DNA of 64,000 nt from an uncultured cyanobacterium. GTDB lineage: Bacteria > Cyanobacteriota > Cyanobacteriia > CAKZMO01. The notes beneath the pieces were generated by a model that did not search any database, was not told the DNA's origin, and was given only the letters and a program-made list of their open reading frames with translations. The stretch spans positions 384,001-448,000 of the forward strand of contig CAVRCJ010000003.1 of the NCBI GenBank assembly GCA_963719515.1, written 5' to 3'. Each line of letters opens with the position of its first letter. Position 1 is the stretch's first letter. A program made the position numbers and the translations under genes. Shown here one piece after another: positions 49,781-60,764 of the stretch.

Positions 49781-51013
49781 GGGGGGTAGCGGTGAGTCGG
49801 TCGGCCTAGAATGATTGAGAGGCTGTTTGAAAAGTAGCAGAAGCTCTACATTACCCCCTCTAACGCCCCCTTACCAAGCTATCCTTTAGGCAAAAGTCGC
49901 TCAAATGCTCTTTTGGTCTAGCCTCTGGAGGCGAGTTGTGCCCCTTCAAGCATACTATGCAGCTTGGTCAGCCCTCGCCAAAGGGTCTTCACCCCAGGGT
50001 GGCGATCGCCCCTGCGAGCCAAGAAACCACCTAGCCGAGCAATCCACACCAGTGCTTGCTTGAGGGTGGGCGGTTTCTTCGAGCGGCTCTTGGGAGAGAA
50101 CTTGCGCCGCAAAAGCCGCCACTCAGGTTTTTGCAAGACTATCTCGCATGAGTCATCTGGGGTGAGGCGAGCACGGTAGGTGAGCCACATCAGCCGCCAA
50201 GCGACAATCGAGTAGGTGGCGAGCGCCTTACGCAATCGAAAAGCGCTCTCAAGCTGTAGTTCTTCAATGCCGCAGCCACTTTTGAGGGTGAAGTGGAAGC
50301 GCTCAATCAGCCAGCGATAGCTGTACCATCTGACGCAGGTGAGCACCTGCTCAAACGAGGCGATGGCGAGCGTCGTCAGCAGCAACCAGCGGATAGGCTT
50401 ACCACCATCATCTGGCGACAGATGCTCGTCTACTAGAATGACGCCCAGCGTCACGGGTTCGAGGCCAGAGGATTTTGGGTGCTTGCTTGGCACCTCAAGG
50501 GTCACCTCCATTGCCCGCACCTGCAAGTGCGCCGTGCGGGCTTTGCGCTTCGGATTGCGATGCACCTGCAGAGTGAATTCTCCCAGCACAGCGGCTTGCT
50601 CGATGGTGGGTACCAGGTAACCTAAATCATGCTGCACCTTGCGGTTGTGCTCTGCTCGAATCAATAGCTCACTGCCCGCTGCGCGCGGCTGGGCAAACAG
50701 CTCGAAGATGTCCGCCTCCCTATCGCCCACATGCACCGTCTGCGCCACTCCAGCGAGTGCGGCTTCCGCGGCTTTGGCCCCTTTGAGCCATCGGTAGCTT
50801 TCCTTCTTCGCTATCGGCGTTTTGTGGCGGCTCTGCTTTTTCCCGCTACGCTTCTTTCGGCTCCAGCAGTACTGATGCAGCATCCTAGGGGCTCACCTTC
50901 GCCGCTCACAGCAAAGCAGTTGTGTACCTTTATCCCCAGATTCTCGCTCTGGTTGGTGAACCCTAACCCGGTTGTCTTCGGCCGCGTTGCGTAGCTTAAG
51001 TCCGCCGTGTCCT

Positions 51014-52433
51014 CAGCAATTCTCAGTTTGGCGAAAGGGTAGCGATGGTTGAGGGATTAGGAGTAGTGTGATGACATCGAGACGCAGCTGAGCGTGACGC
51101 TGATTGAAGCAACCAGGCAAATTTGACGCCATCGTAAGCTACTTCCGCCAAGTGCTGGCAACGCTACCGGACCAGCGCAGGGGGAGCAATAGTCGATATG
51201 GGATGGAAGATGCAGCGCTGAGCGCGTTCAGCGTGTTCTTCACTCAGACGCCATCGTTTCTAGCGTATCAGCGGGCAATGGAGGGGAACAAGGGCAGTAG
51301 TAATGCTCAAAGCCTGTTCGGGGTGCATCAGATACCGAGCGACAACCAGGTTCGCAGCTTGCTCGATGGGGTGAGTCCGAGCTGCCTTTTGGCGGTGTTT
51401 GAGCACATCATAGCGGTGCTAGAGGAGAGCGGGCATCTAGAGGGGATGCGCTCGGTGGGCGGGACGGTGCTGATAGCGCTAGACGGCACGGAGTATTTCA
51501 GCTCCAAGAAGATCCACTGCCCAGCATGCTCAACGCGAGCGCTCAAGAATGGGCAGACCCACTACTTCCACAGCGTAGTGACGCCAGTGGTAGTTTGCCC
51601 TGGGCGCAGCGAGGTGCTGCCGCTGATGCCAGAGTTTGTGGTGCCGCAGGATGGTCATGACAAGCAAGACTGCGAGAGTGCAGCAGCAAAGCGCTGGCTG
51701 CTGGGTCATGGCGCACGCTACAGCGCCTGGAATACAACGCTGCTGGGCGATGACCTCTATTGCCGCCAGCCCCTAGTCAAGCTACTGCAAGAGCAACAGT
51801 TCAACTTCATCTTCACCTGCCGCCCTGAGTCTCACACCACGCTCTACGAGCATCTAGAGGGTATCGAGATACCGACAGTCGTCACCCAGCGCTGGACCGG
51901 CAAGATGCAGGAGACTTACACCTACCGCTACCTCAATGGGGTGCCGCTGATTGACCACAAGGACGCCCTGAGCGTCAACTGGTGTGAGCTGACGGTGACT
52001 CGCCCTGACGGCCAGGTCCTCTACAAGAACGCTTTTGCCACCAATCACGCCATTACTGACGGCACCGTCGCTGAGCTAGTGCAGGCCGCTCGCTCCCGCT
52101 GGAAGATTGAGAACGAGAACAACAACACGCTCAAAACCAAGGGCTACAACCTAGAGCACAACTTCGGCCACGGCCAGCAGCATCTGGCCTCCTTCTTGTT
52201 GACCCTCAATGTCCTAGCGCTACTATTCCACACCCTGCTGGAGTTGCTCGATACTAAGTACAAGTTGCTCAGGACGCATCTAAGCGCCCGTAAGACCTTT
52301 TTTGATGACTTGCGGGCACTGACCCGCTACATGTATTTCGACAGTTGGGACCATCTACTCACCTTCATGCTCGACGGTCTAGAGCTAGAGATACCGCCCG
52401 ACACCAGCTGATTTCCTAAACTGAGAATTGCTG
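51014..52433 (+). mobile_element. ISNCY-type insertion sequence nested in the IS4 element
   Basis: Perfect 16-bp TIRs CAGCAATTCTCAGTTT. 9-bp target duplication CCGTGTCCT (51005-51013, 52434-52442). Confidence 0.92.
51104..52411 (+). CDS. DDE transposase (ISNCY-like), intact
   Basis: IALDGTEYFSS, LGDDLYC and RSRWKIENENNNTLK motifs. Confidence 0.9.
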   Translation: MKQPGKFDAIVSYFRQVLATLPDQRRGSNSRYGMEDAALSAFSVFFTQTPSFLAYQRAMEGNKGSSNAQSLFGVHQIPSDNQVRSLLDGVSPSCLLAVFEHIIAVLEESGHLEGMRSVGGTVLIALDGTEYFSSKKIHCPACSTRALKNGQTHYFHSVVTPVVVCPGRSEVLPLMPEFVVPQDGHDKQDCESAAAKRWLLGHGARYSAWNTTLLGDDLYCRQPLVKLLQEQQFNFIFTCRPESHTTLYEHLEGIEIPTVVTQRWTGKMQETYTYRYLNGVPLIDHKDALSVNWCELTVTRPDGQVLYKNAFATNHAITDGTVAELVQAARSRWKIENENNNTLKTKGYNLEHNFGHGQQHLASFLLTLNVLALLFHTLLELLDTKYKLLRTHLSARKTFFDDLRALTRYMYFDSWDHLLTFMLDGLELEIPPDTS

Positions 52434-52956
52434 CCGTGTCCTGTATCGCCAACACCGTTTGGCATTCTTGTGCCCGTTTTACTACCCCATCCCGATGACT
52501 TGATAGTATTGCCCGCGGCTTCACCTTCGTGTTTGACCAAAATCGATAGATGTTCTGCGCCTCGCTCGCTGTGCCGCTTGCCTCCGGTACAATTGCAGTC
52601 GGTTGCTCTGCTAGCGTCCTGAGCACTGCTTTGAGACGTTTGGCGTGGCGCAAGTCACCGAAGTGAGCGCAATTGATTTCTCAGCTAGCCCAATCTTGCA
52701 TCGTGCTGCTGTCCCTGCGATAGTGAGTATTATTAATTCTCTCGCAACAACCCCCTCTATCCCCCTCCCAGCAACACTCCTACACACTTCTGTGTAATGG
52801 ATAGCTTACCAAGGGGGAGAATTGCGGTTTTCCCCCCTTGGCTTTCGCGCAGCGCGTCCTACGGACGCAGGGGGACTAAGGGGAGTGAAGCCAGAGCGTA
52901 AGGCTTTACTCAACATTTCTCAAGCGCCCCCTGAAAGCAAATAGGCCAATGTAGCG

Positions 52957-53577
52957 ATGGTTCTTCTCAATGACTGGTCCAATCGATTGTCGCTGGACGA
53001 CCCGGAAGAGCGGCGCGTTTTGAGTCTGGTCTCTTGGTCACAGTACGAGACGCTGCTTGCTGACCTGGGAGACGCCTCTTCCTACCGGGTGTCTTTTTTA
53101 GATGGCGTGTTGGAAATTTTGGCTCCCAGTCGAAAACACGAGAGCGACAAAACTCGAATTGGAGCGCTTCTAGAACTCTATTTTCTCGAAACCGACACCG
53201 AGTACTTTCCCATGGGGTCAACGACCCTAAGGCAGCCAGAGAAAGCTGGTGGGGAGCCCGATGAGAGCTACTGCATCGGCAGCGATAAGGCTGTCCCGGA
53301 TTTGGCGATTGAAGTGGTTGTGACCAGCGGCAGCATTGACCGGCTAGCGCTCTATCGCCGCTTGGGGGTGCAGGAAGTGTGGATTTGGCAAGGCAGCCTG
53401 TCGATCTACTATCTCCGCGAGGCTAACCCCAGTCAATTTGCGGAGACGGCGGGGTATGAACCGATTGTTCGAAGCGAGCTGCTTCCGAGTTTGGATATCG
53501 ATTTGCTGACGCGCTGTCTGCAGATTTCTAGTCCCCTGATGGCGGTGAAAGCGTTTCGGCAAGGGATGTTGAGCTGA
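52957..53577 (+). CDS. Uma2 (DUF820) family endonuclease-fold protein
   Basis: EPDESYCIG, PDLAIEVVVTS and YRRLGVQEVWIW. Confidence 0.92.
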   Translation: MVLLNDWSNRLSLDDPEERRVLSLVSWSQYETLLADLGDASSYRVSFLDGVLEILAPSRKHESDKTRIGALLELYFLETDTEYFPMGSTTLRQPEKAGGEPDESYCIGSDKAVPDLAIEVVVTSGSIDRLALYRRLGVQEVWIWQGSLSIYYLREANPSQFAETAGYEPIVRSELLPSLDIDLLTRCLQISSPLMAVKAFRQGMLS

Positions 53578-53595
53578 GCGGCGATCGCGGGAGAA

Positions 53596-54243
53596 CTAAA
53601 GAACTGTGCGTCTTATTACCGAAGATCTACCGTCAGCATGAGGAGCGACAGGCTCTCCTGTTGCTGCTGGGCTAAGGGGCCGGATCTTGGATAAGAGTTC
53701 CAACACGCTCTCTACACCGACTTCGCAATCGCACCCCGTTGACACCTGCAGCAGTTGGTCAGAACCGGGAACTTTGCCTAGGAAAACAGCACCCCATCCA
53801 TCCGGGTATGCCGCAACGTAGCCATCTAGGCCGTTCTGCTGATAAACCATCATGTCAGCGCTGGAACTATTTCCCGCAATTTCAGATATTTGCGCCCTAA
53901 GGCTCATAGAGGACGCTGGGGCAACTTGTTGAATCTCCTCAAAGTAATACCCATGGTAGGCTACTCCTCCACTAGCAAGACATTGAAACCACCGATATAC
54001 GTTGGGAGGCATCACCTGAACAGAACCGTCCTCAAACTTCATAGTTCGATAATTTTCTGGAATGGTGACTGAAATGCCAAATTCAGGTATTTCAGCAACG
54101 CGTGTTGTGTTGGCGGGATCTTCTGAGCCTTCAGAAATGTCACAGATCCGTTCCGACTGTGCCTGCACAGGGATAGGAGCTAGAGTACTGGTGAGAAGAA
54201 CGGCAACTGTCCAGGAGGCAAGCGACTGGAATTTGGTAGTCAT
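53596..54243 (-). CDS. Hypothetical secreted protein
   Basis: Signal peptide ending VQA-Q; four Cys. Start at MTTKFQ assumed. Confidence 0.65.
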   Translation of the reverse strand: MTTKFQSLASWTVAVLLTSTLAPIPVQAQSERICDISEGSEDPANTTRVAEIPEFGISVTIPENYRTMKFEDGSVQVMPPNVYRWFQCLASGGVAYHGYYFEEIQQVAPASSMSLRAQISEIAGNSSSADMMVYQQNGLDGYVAAYPDGWGAVFLGKVPGSDQLLQVSTGCDCEVGVESVLELLSKIRPLSPAATGEPVAPHADGRSSVIRRTVL

Positions 54244-54346
54244 AGCTTTTTTTGATGATGCTTGATCGTGTGAGGCTAGCTCGGCTTGGTTTTTGACTAT
54301 GAGCTTGAGCATGGCGGGGGTGTCCGAGCATGCTCATCTTCGTTGA

Positions 54347-55765
54347 TCAGGCGGATTCCTGCAGTCTTCGCCGGATGCGATTGTGCTCTTCTATGCCTTC
54401 ATAAGCGAACCGGTTGTAGCGATTGCGCTGGATGAGGGCTTGAAGGTAGTTCAAGCGTGTCTCAGGTGCAGGATGGGTTGAGAGATATTCTGGTGGCCCT
54501 CCAGAGGATTGCTCGTTGAGGGTGACGAAGAAGCCGTGGAGCCCATCGGCTGCATATCCATAACCTGCTAGGGCGCGGGTGGCCAAAATATCGCACTGAC
54601 GCTCTTGGTTGCGGTTGAAGTTCAGCGTCATCAAGTTTGTGAGTCTGGTGAGAGAGGTAACTTCGCCGATGGTGGCGAGTAGGTTGCTCCGAGCCATTTT
54701 TTGGTAGCCGTGGGATAGTACTGCGTGAGCAACTTCGTGTCCCATAAGTCCTGCTAGCTCGGCCTCAGAGTTGGCTGCTAAGATAGCACCCGTATTGACG
54801 AACACTTTGCCGCCTGGAAGCGCAAATGCATTCAGCGTGGGGTCTTGGAGGACGTAAAACTCATATTCAAAGTCGTTTCGACCCATGAGGTCGGCCATGT
54901 CGTGACCGATGCGGCTGACATAGTCTACGATTACGGGGTCTTCGAGGAGGATCCGTTCTTCAATTTCGGTAGCAGCTAGCCGTGAACCCGTACTTGACTC
55001 ACCGGAAGTCAGCATTCTAATGAGAGGAACGGTCTCTAAGGTGTTGGAAACGACGTCGCCATCACCTAGTAGGATTCGCCCAAGAATACCTAAACCGCCA
55101 CTAATACCCATTTGGCGGCGGGTTTTCTTCCGAAAGCTTTTAAATTCGTCTTCTGCAATTTCCTCAAAGTCTTCGGTTTCTGGGTGCTCTGGGTTGACGA
55201 TGGTGAAGAGACGAGCGGCGATGGAGGCTTCTAAGGCTTTGTCTTCGTTTTGCAGAGCAGTTACCCGCGCTCTGGCAATATCGGCATTGTTTGGGAATAG
55301 CGTTGCGGCTCGCTCTAGGATGTCTAAAATTTCGTCGTCGCGCTCGTAGTCTTCTAGCGCCTGGGCCATCATGGGGTAGGCAGGGGTGAATTCTGGATAG
55401 TCTTGGAGCAGAAGCTCAAGAGGGACGAAGAGCTTGCTTTCGAGACCTTCTTCATAGCCTGCTTGGGCCTCTGCCCAGAGGGTCTGTCCGCCGGGGGGGA
55501 GTTGAGCCGCGTCGGTGATGGGTTCGGGGAAGAAGGTGGCTAGGTCTTGGTCTTCGGGGACGGATTTGCACTGTCGGTATAGTTCTTCGGCGGCAGTGCG
55601 ATCGTCTTCTAGGTAAAGTTGATCGGCTTGAGCGATAGTCGTGGTGCAGGAATTTGATGAATGTTGAGCGACAGCTCTTCTGGTTAGCAAAAGCTGGCCT
55701 GATAGAGTGACAGCTATCAGAACTGATATACAGGAAAGAGGAATAAATCTTTTATAGAGTTTCAT
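54347..55765 (-). CDS. M48 family metallopeptidase with TPR-like N-terminus
   Basis: NAFALPGG, HEVAH zinc motif, QERQCD and LSTHP; signal peptide. Confidence 0.92.
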   Translation of the reverse strand: MKLYKRFIPLSCISVLIAVTLSGQLLLTRRAVAQHSSNSCTTTIAQADQLYLEDDRTAAEELYRQCKSVPEDQDLATFFPEPITDAAQLPPGGQTLWAEAQAGYEEGLESKLFVPLELLLQDYPEFTPAYPMMAQALEDYERDDEILDILERAATLFPNNADIARARVTALQNEDKALEASIAARLFTIVNPEHPETEDFEEIAEDEFKSFRKKTRRQMGISGGLGILGRILLGDGDVVSNTLETVPLIRMLTSGESSTGSRLAATEIEERILLEDPVIVDYVSRIGHDMADLMGRNDFEYEFYVLQDPTLNAFALPGGKVFVNTGAILAANSEAELAGLMGHEVAHAVLSHGYQKMARSNLLATIGEVTSLTRLTNLMTLNFNRNQERQCDILATRALAGYGYAADGLHGFFVTLNEQSSGGPPEYLSTHPAPETRLNYLQALIQRNRYNRFAYEGIEEHNRIRRRLQESA

Positions 55766-57468
55766 TTTTTCGATGAATGTTTTGGCATGGACTGGACAAC
55801 CCGATCACTAAAAAATATGCACAAATTGAATTCATGTGCGGGAAATTTTTCTCAACTCTCACTAATCTATTGCCTTAGCTACATCTTCGGATATCTTCCC
55901 TCGGCTGGTCAGATCTTTAACTACGTCATCTAATATATTCTCTCTTAACTCTTCCGCTCTGAAAGGAATTCCTCCGGTTAACCAGTTATCAGAAGAGCCC
56001 CACCTGAGAGAAAGAGAGAGAGGAAGATCTTTCAGACCTGGTACTAGAACCGCTTCTAAAAGCTGAGAATGTTCGCTTCTGAGCTGTCTAATTGCGAGAT
56101 TAAGTTCTTGTATAAGTTCGTTTTCACTGAGGCAACGATTATCAATAATCGGTAAAATCATTTGTTCAATCCCTTGCTTGAAGGCTGGTTTTAGATGTCG
56201 ATTGACGTGATGCTCTCCCGATCTTGCAAAGCCGCAGTCGTATGCACGTTGACTATTATTGTAGGGATCGATTACGATAGCCCCTCCTGTTTGACTAGTT
56301 ATATCTAGAAGCTCAGATTCGGAAGCATTGCAGAACCTGGCAAAAGCAAATCCCAATTGGGAGTCAAAAAATGAATCAATGAATGAGTTAAATCTTAATT
56401 CAACGGGAGGAGGGGCATTCCAAAAAGAGGGGTTTGATGCTATATCCTTAGCTGCTATTAAAAGCGTGTTTCGCGTAAAATCACCAGCCCATCTTCCATT
56501 TTCCGCTCTATTTTGATATGAACCATCTGCAAGATTCCACATTTGTTGTGCAAACGCAGATGCTGCTGAATTTCTTAAATTGGCATTTTTATAATTGCTC
56601 AATACGTCGAGTATATAACTCCAGTCCGTTTGATTTTCATCGCCATTATTTTGCTCTTCATTTGAGGCTACCTCAGTACCACAAGAACAAGAGATTTCGT
56701 ACCACCACTCAGTACTTTCATCCGGATTACCAATGACCCTAATCCCAACATAGCCCTGTGTTACATCCGAAAGTGCAAAGGAATGAGTTCCTGAACCACC
56801 GGTTGGTCCAAAAGCATCTTCAATTTCGCCGTTATACGAAATTTCAAGTCGATCAGGAACCTCAAAAAACTCATACTTCAAAGTAAAATCACCCGTTGAA
56901 CCAGACGGTACCCGAAACAAGTCAGTAATAATTTGGTTCCCGCTGATCCCCTCTGCCCGTGTATCTCGTCTGAAACCGCATTGCACAGGTTCTTTGCAAG
57001 TAACCTTTTGTAGAGCAACACTGCTAGAAGTTGCTTCCTTAAGCGTATGTGCAAGAGCTGCAGATGCCTCGCGAACTAACGTCATGGCTAGAGCATCTTG
57101 CCAAGAAATATCAGGCGAATACCGAGGATCGATCGATTTTGACCATGCTTCTACTTCAGTCGCTTCTCGAACAATTTCTCTTGCCGTATTACCTTCACAA
57201 CCAGAATTGGCCTGAGCAATCAATTCTTCAGCCTTCTGCTGGCTTTTGCGAGCCAGCATCGCATCATCAACTCTACTGCTTTGGTTTTTGGTAATTGTCG
57301 CTGCTGTTCCACCATCAGGATGTTTGATGACAACCTGAGATTCTGAAAATTCAGCTTTAGTTCCATCTACCAAGCTAATTTCTGAAAGTACATTGCCATT
57401 AAAATCTGCCTTGAAGCTTTGCAGCCTCCGCTGCACTTCAGCTGGAGTAGTTTGAGCACCAACTGTAC

Positions 57469-59017
57469 CTATTCAGGTGCAGGGATTGACAAAGGGAGAC
57501 GTTGCGGTAGCGTTAGTTGATGAGCCCACCACCTGCCTCGGATATTCCAGACCTCAGCGAATTAGAGCAAGCACCGCGCTCTGTGCTGGTAGGGATTATC
57601 GTGCGGCAGCAAGAGCTGATAGAGCAGCTAGCTCGAGAGGTAGAGCGGCTCAAAGGAATCATTGATAGCGATAGCCAGAGTTCGTCGAAACCGCCGTCAA
57701 GCGACTTGGTGCGACGCAGTGAGAAACCAAAGCCAGCAGAAGAGGGGAAAGAGGATTTGCCCAAAGCCGGCAAGCGGAAAGCAGGGGGACAGCCAGGGCA
57801 CCAGGGGAAAACACGCAAGGGATTTGGACGAGTAGATCGATACGAGGTGGTGCATCTAGAGCATTGCCCGAGATGCGGAAGTGGACATATCGAAAGCGTG
57901 GGACAAAGCTATCGGTGCTACCAGGTGGCGCAGCTGGTGGCCAAGCCGATAGAAGTGGTGGAATACCAGCAGTGGCGGGGATATTGCGGGGGATGTGGTA
58001 GCCATGTCGCTGCGCCCTTACCCGAGGATGTGGTGGCAGGAGAGGATTTGGGCGTGAGCTTGCAGGCGATGCTGGTGTGGCTGAGTCACTATGGCCACTT
58101 ATCCTACGGCAAGCAGCAGGAATGGCTCAAAGAGCTAGGTGATATCGAGGTAGGTGTGGGGACGCTTGTGGCAACGACGCGGCGGGCTAGCCAAGCAGTA
58201 GCGGCAGCGGTGGATGACTTGCAAGCTTGGGCAAAGCAGCAACCACAGCTGCATGTGGATGAAACAGCTTGGCTGGTGAAGGGGGTCAAAGAGTGGTTAT
58301 GGACCATCAGCGGTGAAGGATTTGCGCTCCTCCATGCCGGGGATACCCGCTCGCGCAGTGAGCTGGAGATGCTGCTGGGAAAGAGCTTTGCAGGGGTGCT
58401 CATCTCCGATGACTACAGCGTATACAACGGCTACCCGGTAGCCGCTCAGCAGAAGTGCCTAGCGCACCTATTGCGGCACTTCAAGCAAGTAGCTAAGCTA
58501 AAGCCCCCGCACCAGAAGGCATTGGCCGAAGCATTCATTGCCTTGATAAAAGAGGCCTTTGACCGCCATCGCCACTACCGCCTCGCAGGCGACAGGGCAT
58601 CCTATAACCTATGGGCTGAGCAATTCAAAGTTACATTAGCCGAGGCAATAGCCGAGTGGAAGCCCAAAGCGGGCCATGCGGCTGGGCTTCTGCTCACCTC
58701 ATTGGTGAGCAAGGCGCACCAGTGGTGGTACTTCCTAGACCACCCTCAGGTGCCGCCAGACAACAATTGTGCTGAGCGCTCGCTGCGGCTCGGAGTGACC
58801 AAACGCAAGGTGTCAGGCGGCTCTCGCTCGATGTCAGGCTTTGAGCACACCGCACGACTATTATCGGTGATTCAGACCTGTCGGGCTCAGGGACGCTCTG
58901 CCATAGCCTTCGTCGGGCAGGCATTGGCCAAAGCGGCAGGAGCCATCGACTTGGAGGTGTCACTCATCCCTCTCCAGCATCTACAGCCCTGTGCCGTCAA
59001 CCTCTAGACCTGAATAC
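57469..59017 (+). mobile_element. IS66-family (single-ORF, ISBst12-like) element
   Basis: Imperfect 22-bp TIRs (C/G)TATTCAGGT..AG.G.TTGAC; flanking GTAC(C) duplication. Confidence 0.88.
57517..59007 (+). CDS. IS66 family transposase
   Basis: SSKPPSSD, GGQPGHQG, CPRC zinc ribbon, HVDET, QKCLAHLLR and DNNCAERSLR. Confidence 0.93.
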   Translation: MMSPPPASDIPDLSELEQAPRSVLVGIIVRQQELIEQLAREVERLKGIIDSDSQSSSKPPSSDLVRRSEKPKPAEEGKEDLPKAGKRKAGGQPGHQGKTRKGFGRVDRYEVVHLEHCPRCGSGHIESVGQSYRCYQVAQLVAKPIEVVEYQQWRGYCGGCGSHVAAPLPEDVVAGEDLGVSLQAMLVWLSHYGHLSYGKQQEWLKELGDIEVGVGTLVATTRRASQAVAAAVDDLQAWAKQQPQLHVDETAWLVKGVKEWLWTISGEGFALLHAGDTRSRSELEMLLGKSFAGVLISDDYSVYNGYPVAAQQKCLAHLLRHFKQVAKLKPPHQKALAEAFIALIKEAFDRHRHYRLAGDRASYNLWAEQFKVTLAEAIAEWKPKAGHAAGLLLTSLVSKAHQWWYFLDHPQVPPDNNCAERSLRLGVTKRKVSGGSRSMSGFEHTARLLSVIQTCRAQGRSAIAFVGQALAKAAGAIDLEVSLIPLQHLQPCAVNL

Positions 59018-59542
59018 GTACCACCAACTTCCTCAACTAACCGCTCCGCGTTGTTCACGGGTACATTGGTCAACTCTAATTCATATAGCTGGAATTCTTC
59101 TCCAGGAAGGTTAATCCAGAAACGCTGTGTTGTATCCGTTGAAGGAGATGTCACTACAATTTCATTGCGTCCTGAATCATAGGGCGTTTGTAGAGAAACC
59201 TCAAAGTCATCTGCAAGATAGTTTGGTAATTCCGCTGACGGTGGTCTAACAATTGGTGGTACTGCAATATGTTCGGCGTCAGTTGGTACAACCTCCGCAG
59301 ACTCAAGTCTTAGTCTCGAAGTCTTAGCACTAGCTGCATCGCTTCCCGAGAGGCTAAAGCAAATTGACGAATTGCCAAGCAGAAGTCCGCATAGGAGTAA
59401 CGCTAATCCCCTTTTAAGGAACGAACTCCATAATACTAAGACAAGCGTTAATAATGTCAGCAATATAAAGCGTAGCCGCAGCATAGTACCTATATACCTA
59501 AAAAGTTATTTCTCTTAAAATTCTTGGTGCGAACTTATACAA

Positions 59543-60439
59543 CTATCTGCAGCTCGTTGGAGGAGAATATGATCCTACGTTGTAGCGATAGAAGCTACTT
59601 AAATCGAGAGACGCTCTATTGAAAATAATATAGTCGCCATCAATAGAAGGCTCTCCCACATTGAGATAACCTTCCGTATCGAAAACAGTTACGCCCTCTA
59701 CTAAATCAAGCGTTGGGTTCTCAACACCATATGGCAGATCAATCACTCGCCCATTGACTGTATTACGATCAAGAGACCCAGTCAGACAGGTTCCATATTC
59801 ACCAAAAGTACCAGTATCCCAAAAGTTTCCAACGACCTGATTGCCGGCCTTATTGAAGAGATAGCACCAGATTGAATTCCGAGTCAGATATTCTTCACTG
59901 ACTACGCTCGAAGGCGGTTGGCGATCGCAATACCGATAATTACCGTCCGGTAGCGCTGCAATAGTCCCCTCAGCAGAACTAGACGAGCTAGCACTCGGCG
60001 GCGCGGTCTCAGATGTAGCTGTAGTCGCTGAATCTAGTGACGTGATCGTCAGTAGGTAATCTCCGCGTCCCTCACTACTGTAAGAATTGGCGATCGCTCG
60101 ATAGGTCCCATCTTCAGGCAGAGCCAAAGATAGTTCAGCGTTCGTATTGCTACCATCCACATCATCGCTCTGAGCAATTGAATCGCCGTCAGGGCCAAGC
60201 AAGATTAGATACGCATCAAACTGAGAGCTTTGTAGACGGATTGTCACTTGCTGCCCCACTTGACCCTGAAACGAATACGCGTCGTACAAGCTACCGCCAG
60301 AGTCTATGACCGAATCGCCAGGGCTGAGCGCCCCTCGCTGCTCAAGAACGGTATTAGCAGCGGCATTTCCCTGCCAAACCGCTAGCGTGGCTGACATCAC
60401 GGCTCCAAGCCATAGCAAATTCAGTGTGTTTGTTTTCAC
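59543..60439 (-). CDS. Secreted protein with pre-peptidase C-terminal (PPC) domain
   Basis: YDAYSFQGQVGQQVTIRLQSSQFDAYLILLGPDG...DD...LPEDGTYRAIANSY. GTG start preceded by a GGGAG RBS. Confidence 0.82.
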   Translation of the reverse strand: MKTNTLNLLWLGAVMSATLAVWQGNAAANTVLEQRGALSPGDSVIDSGGSLYDAYSFQGQVGQQVTIRLQSSQFDAYLILLGPDGDSIAQSDDVDGSNTNAELSLALPEDGTYRAIANSYSSEGRGDYLLTITSLDSATTATSETAPPSASSSSSAEGTIAALPDGNYRYCDRQPPSSVVSEEYLTRNSIWCYLFNKAGNQVVGNFWDTGTFGEYGTCLTGSLDRNTVNGRVIDLPYGVENPTLDLVEGVTVFDTEGYLNVGEPSIDGDYIIFNRASLDLSSFYRYNVGSYSPPTSCR

Positions 60440-60764
60440 ATCTAACTCCCTTCGGTAGGGCAATCACCAGCTGAGCAAATCGAAATCACTTTTCTGCAAC
60501 CCGGCATCATTATGATAGAAAGATGCCAAAGAGTACAGCGAAACAAGTATCCTTCTATACGGTTCAATGAAAATTTTCTTTTCTAAAGACAAAGATTTGT
60601 AAATCTCTGCTTTTGACCGTAGGCATAGGCTAGAACGCCACTGACAAGGGTTAGACGATTTTGCCTGTGCCATGCTTTCCACTGTTGATAGTGTAAAATG
60701 CGACCGCTGTTCTCTGTAAACAGCCATATCCACAGTTTCTACAACCACCGAGTTGCCAACATGA

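Larger units (their letters stand above)
49918..52701 (-). pseudogene. IS4-family transposase pseudogene
   Basis: MQDWAS*E...FGDLRHAKRL...IQDT | ADLSY...GDREADIFE...YSYRWLIERFHFTLKSGC. In-frame TGA at codon 7, an IS insertion, and a -1 indel near 50885. Confidence 0.9.
49879..52804 (-). mobile_element. IS4-family (IS50/Tn5-like) element, inactivated
   Basis: 9-bp target duplication CTTACCAAG (49870-49878, 52805-52813). Imperfect TIRs CTATCCTTTAGGCAAAAGT and CTATCCATTACACAGAAGT. Confidence 0.9.
55862..59484 (-). pseudogene. 689-aa secreted protein interrupted by IS66
   Basis: Removing 57469-59017 and one GTAC fuses ...EEVGG-T-VGAQTTPAEVQRRL... in frame (467+1603=2070 nt). Confidence 0.85.

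Noticed and set aside
52681..52683. In-frame TGA in the IS4 transposase as selenocysteine or readthrough
   Set aside because: The gene is also broken by an IS insertion and an indel, so a simple nonsense mutation is the more economical explanation.
60464..60748. 94-aa minus-strand ORF upstream of the PPC protein
   Set aside because: No recognisable motif or RBS; probably promoter or intergenic sequence.
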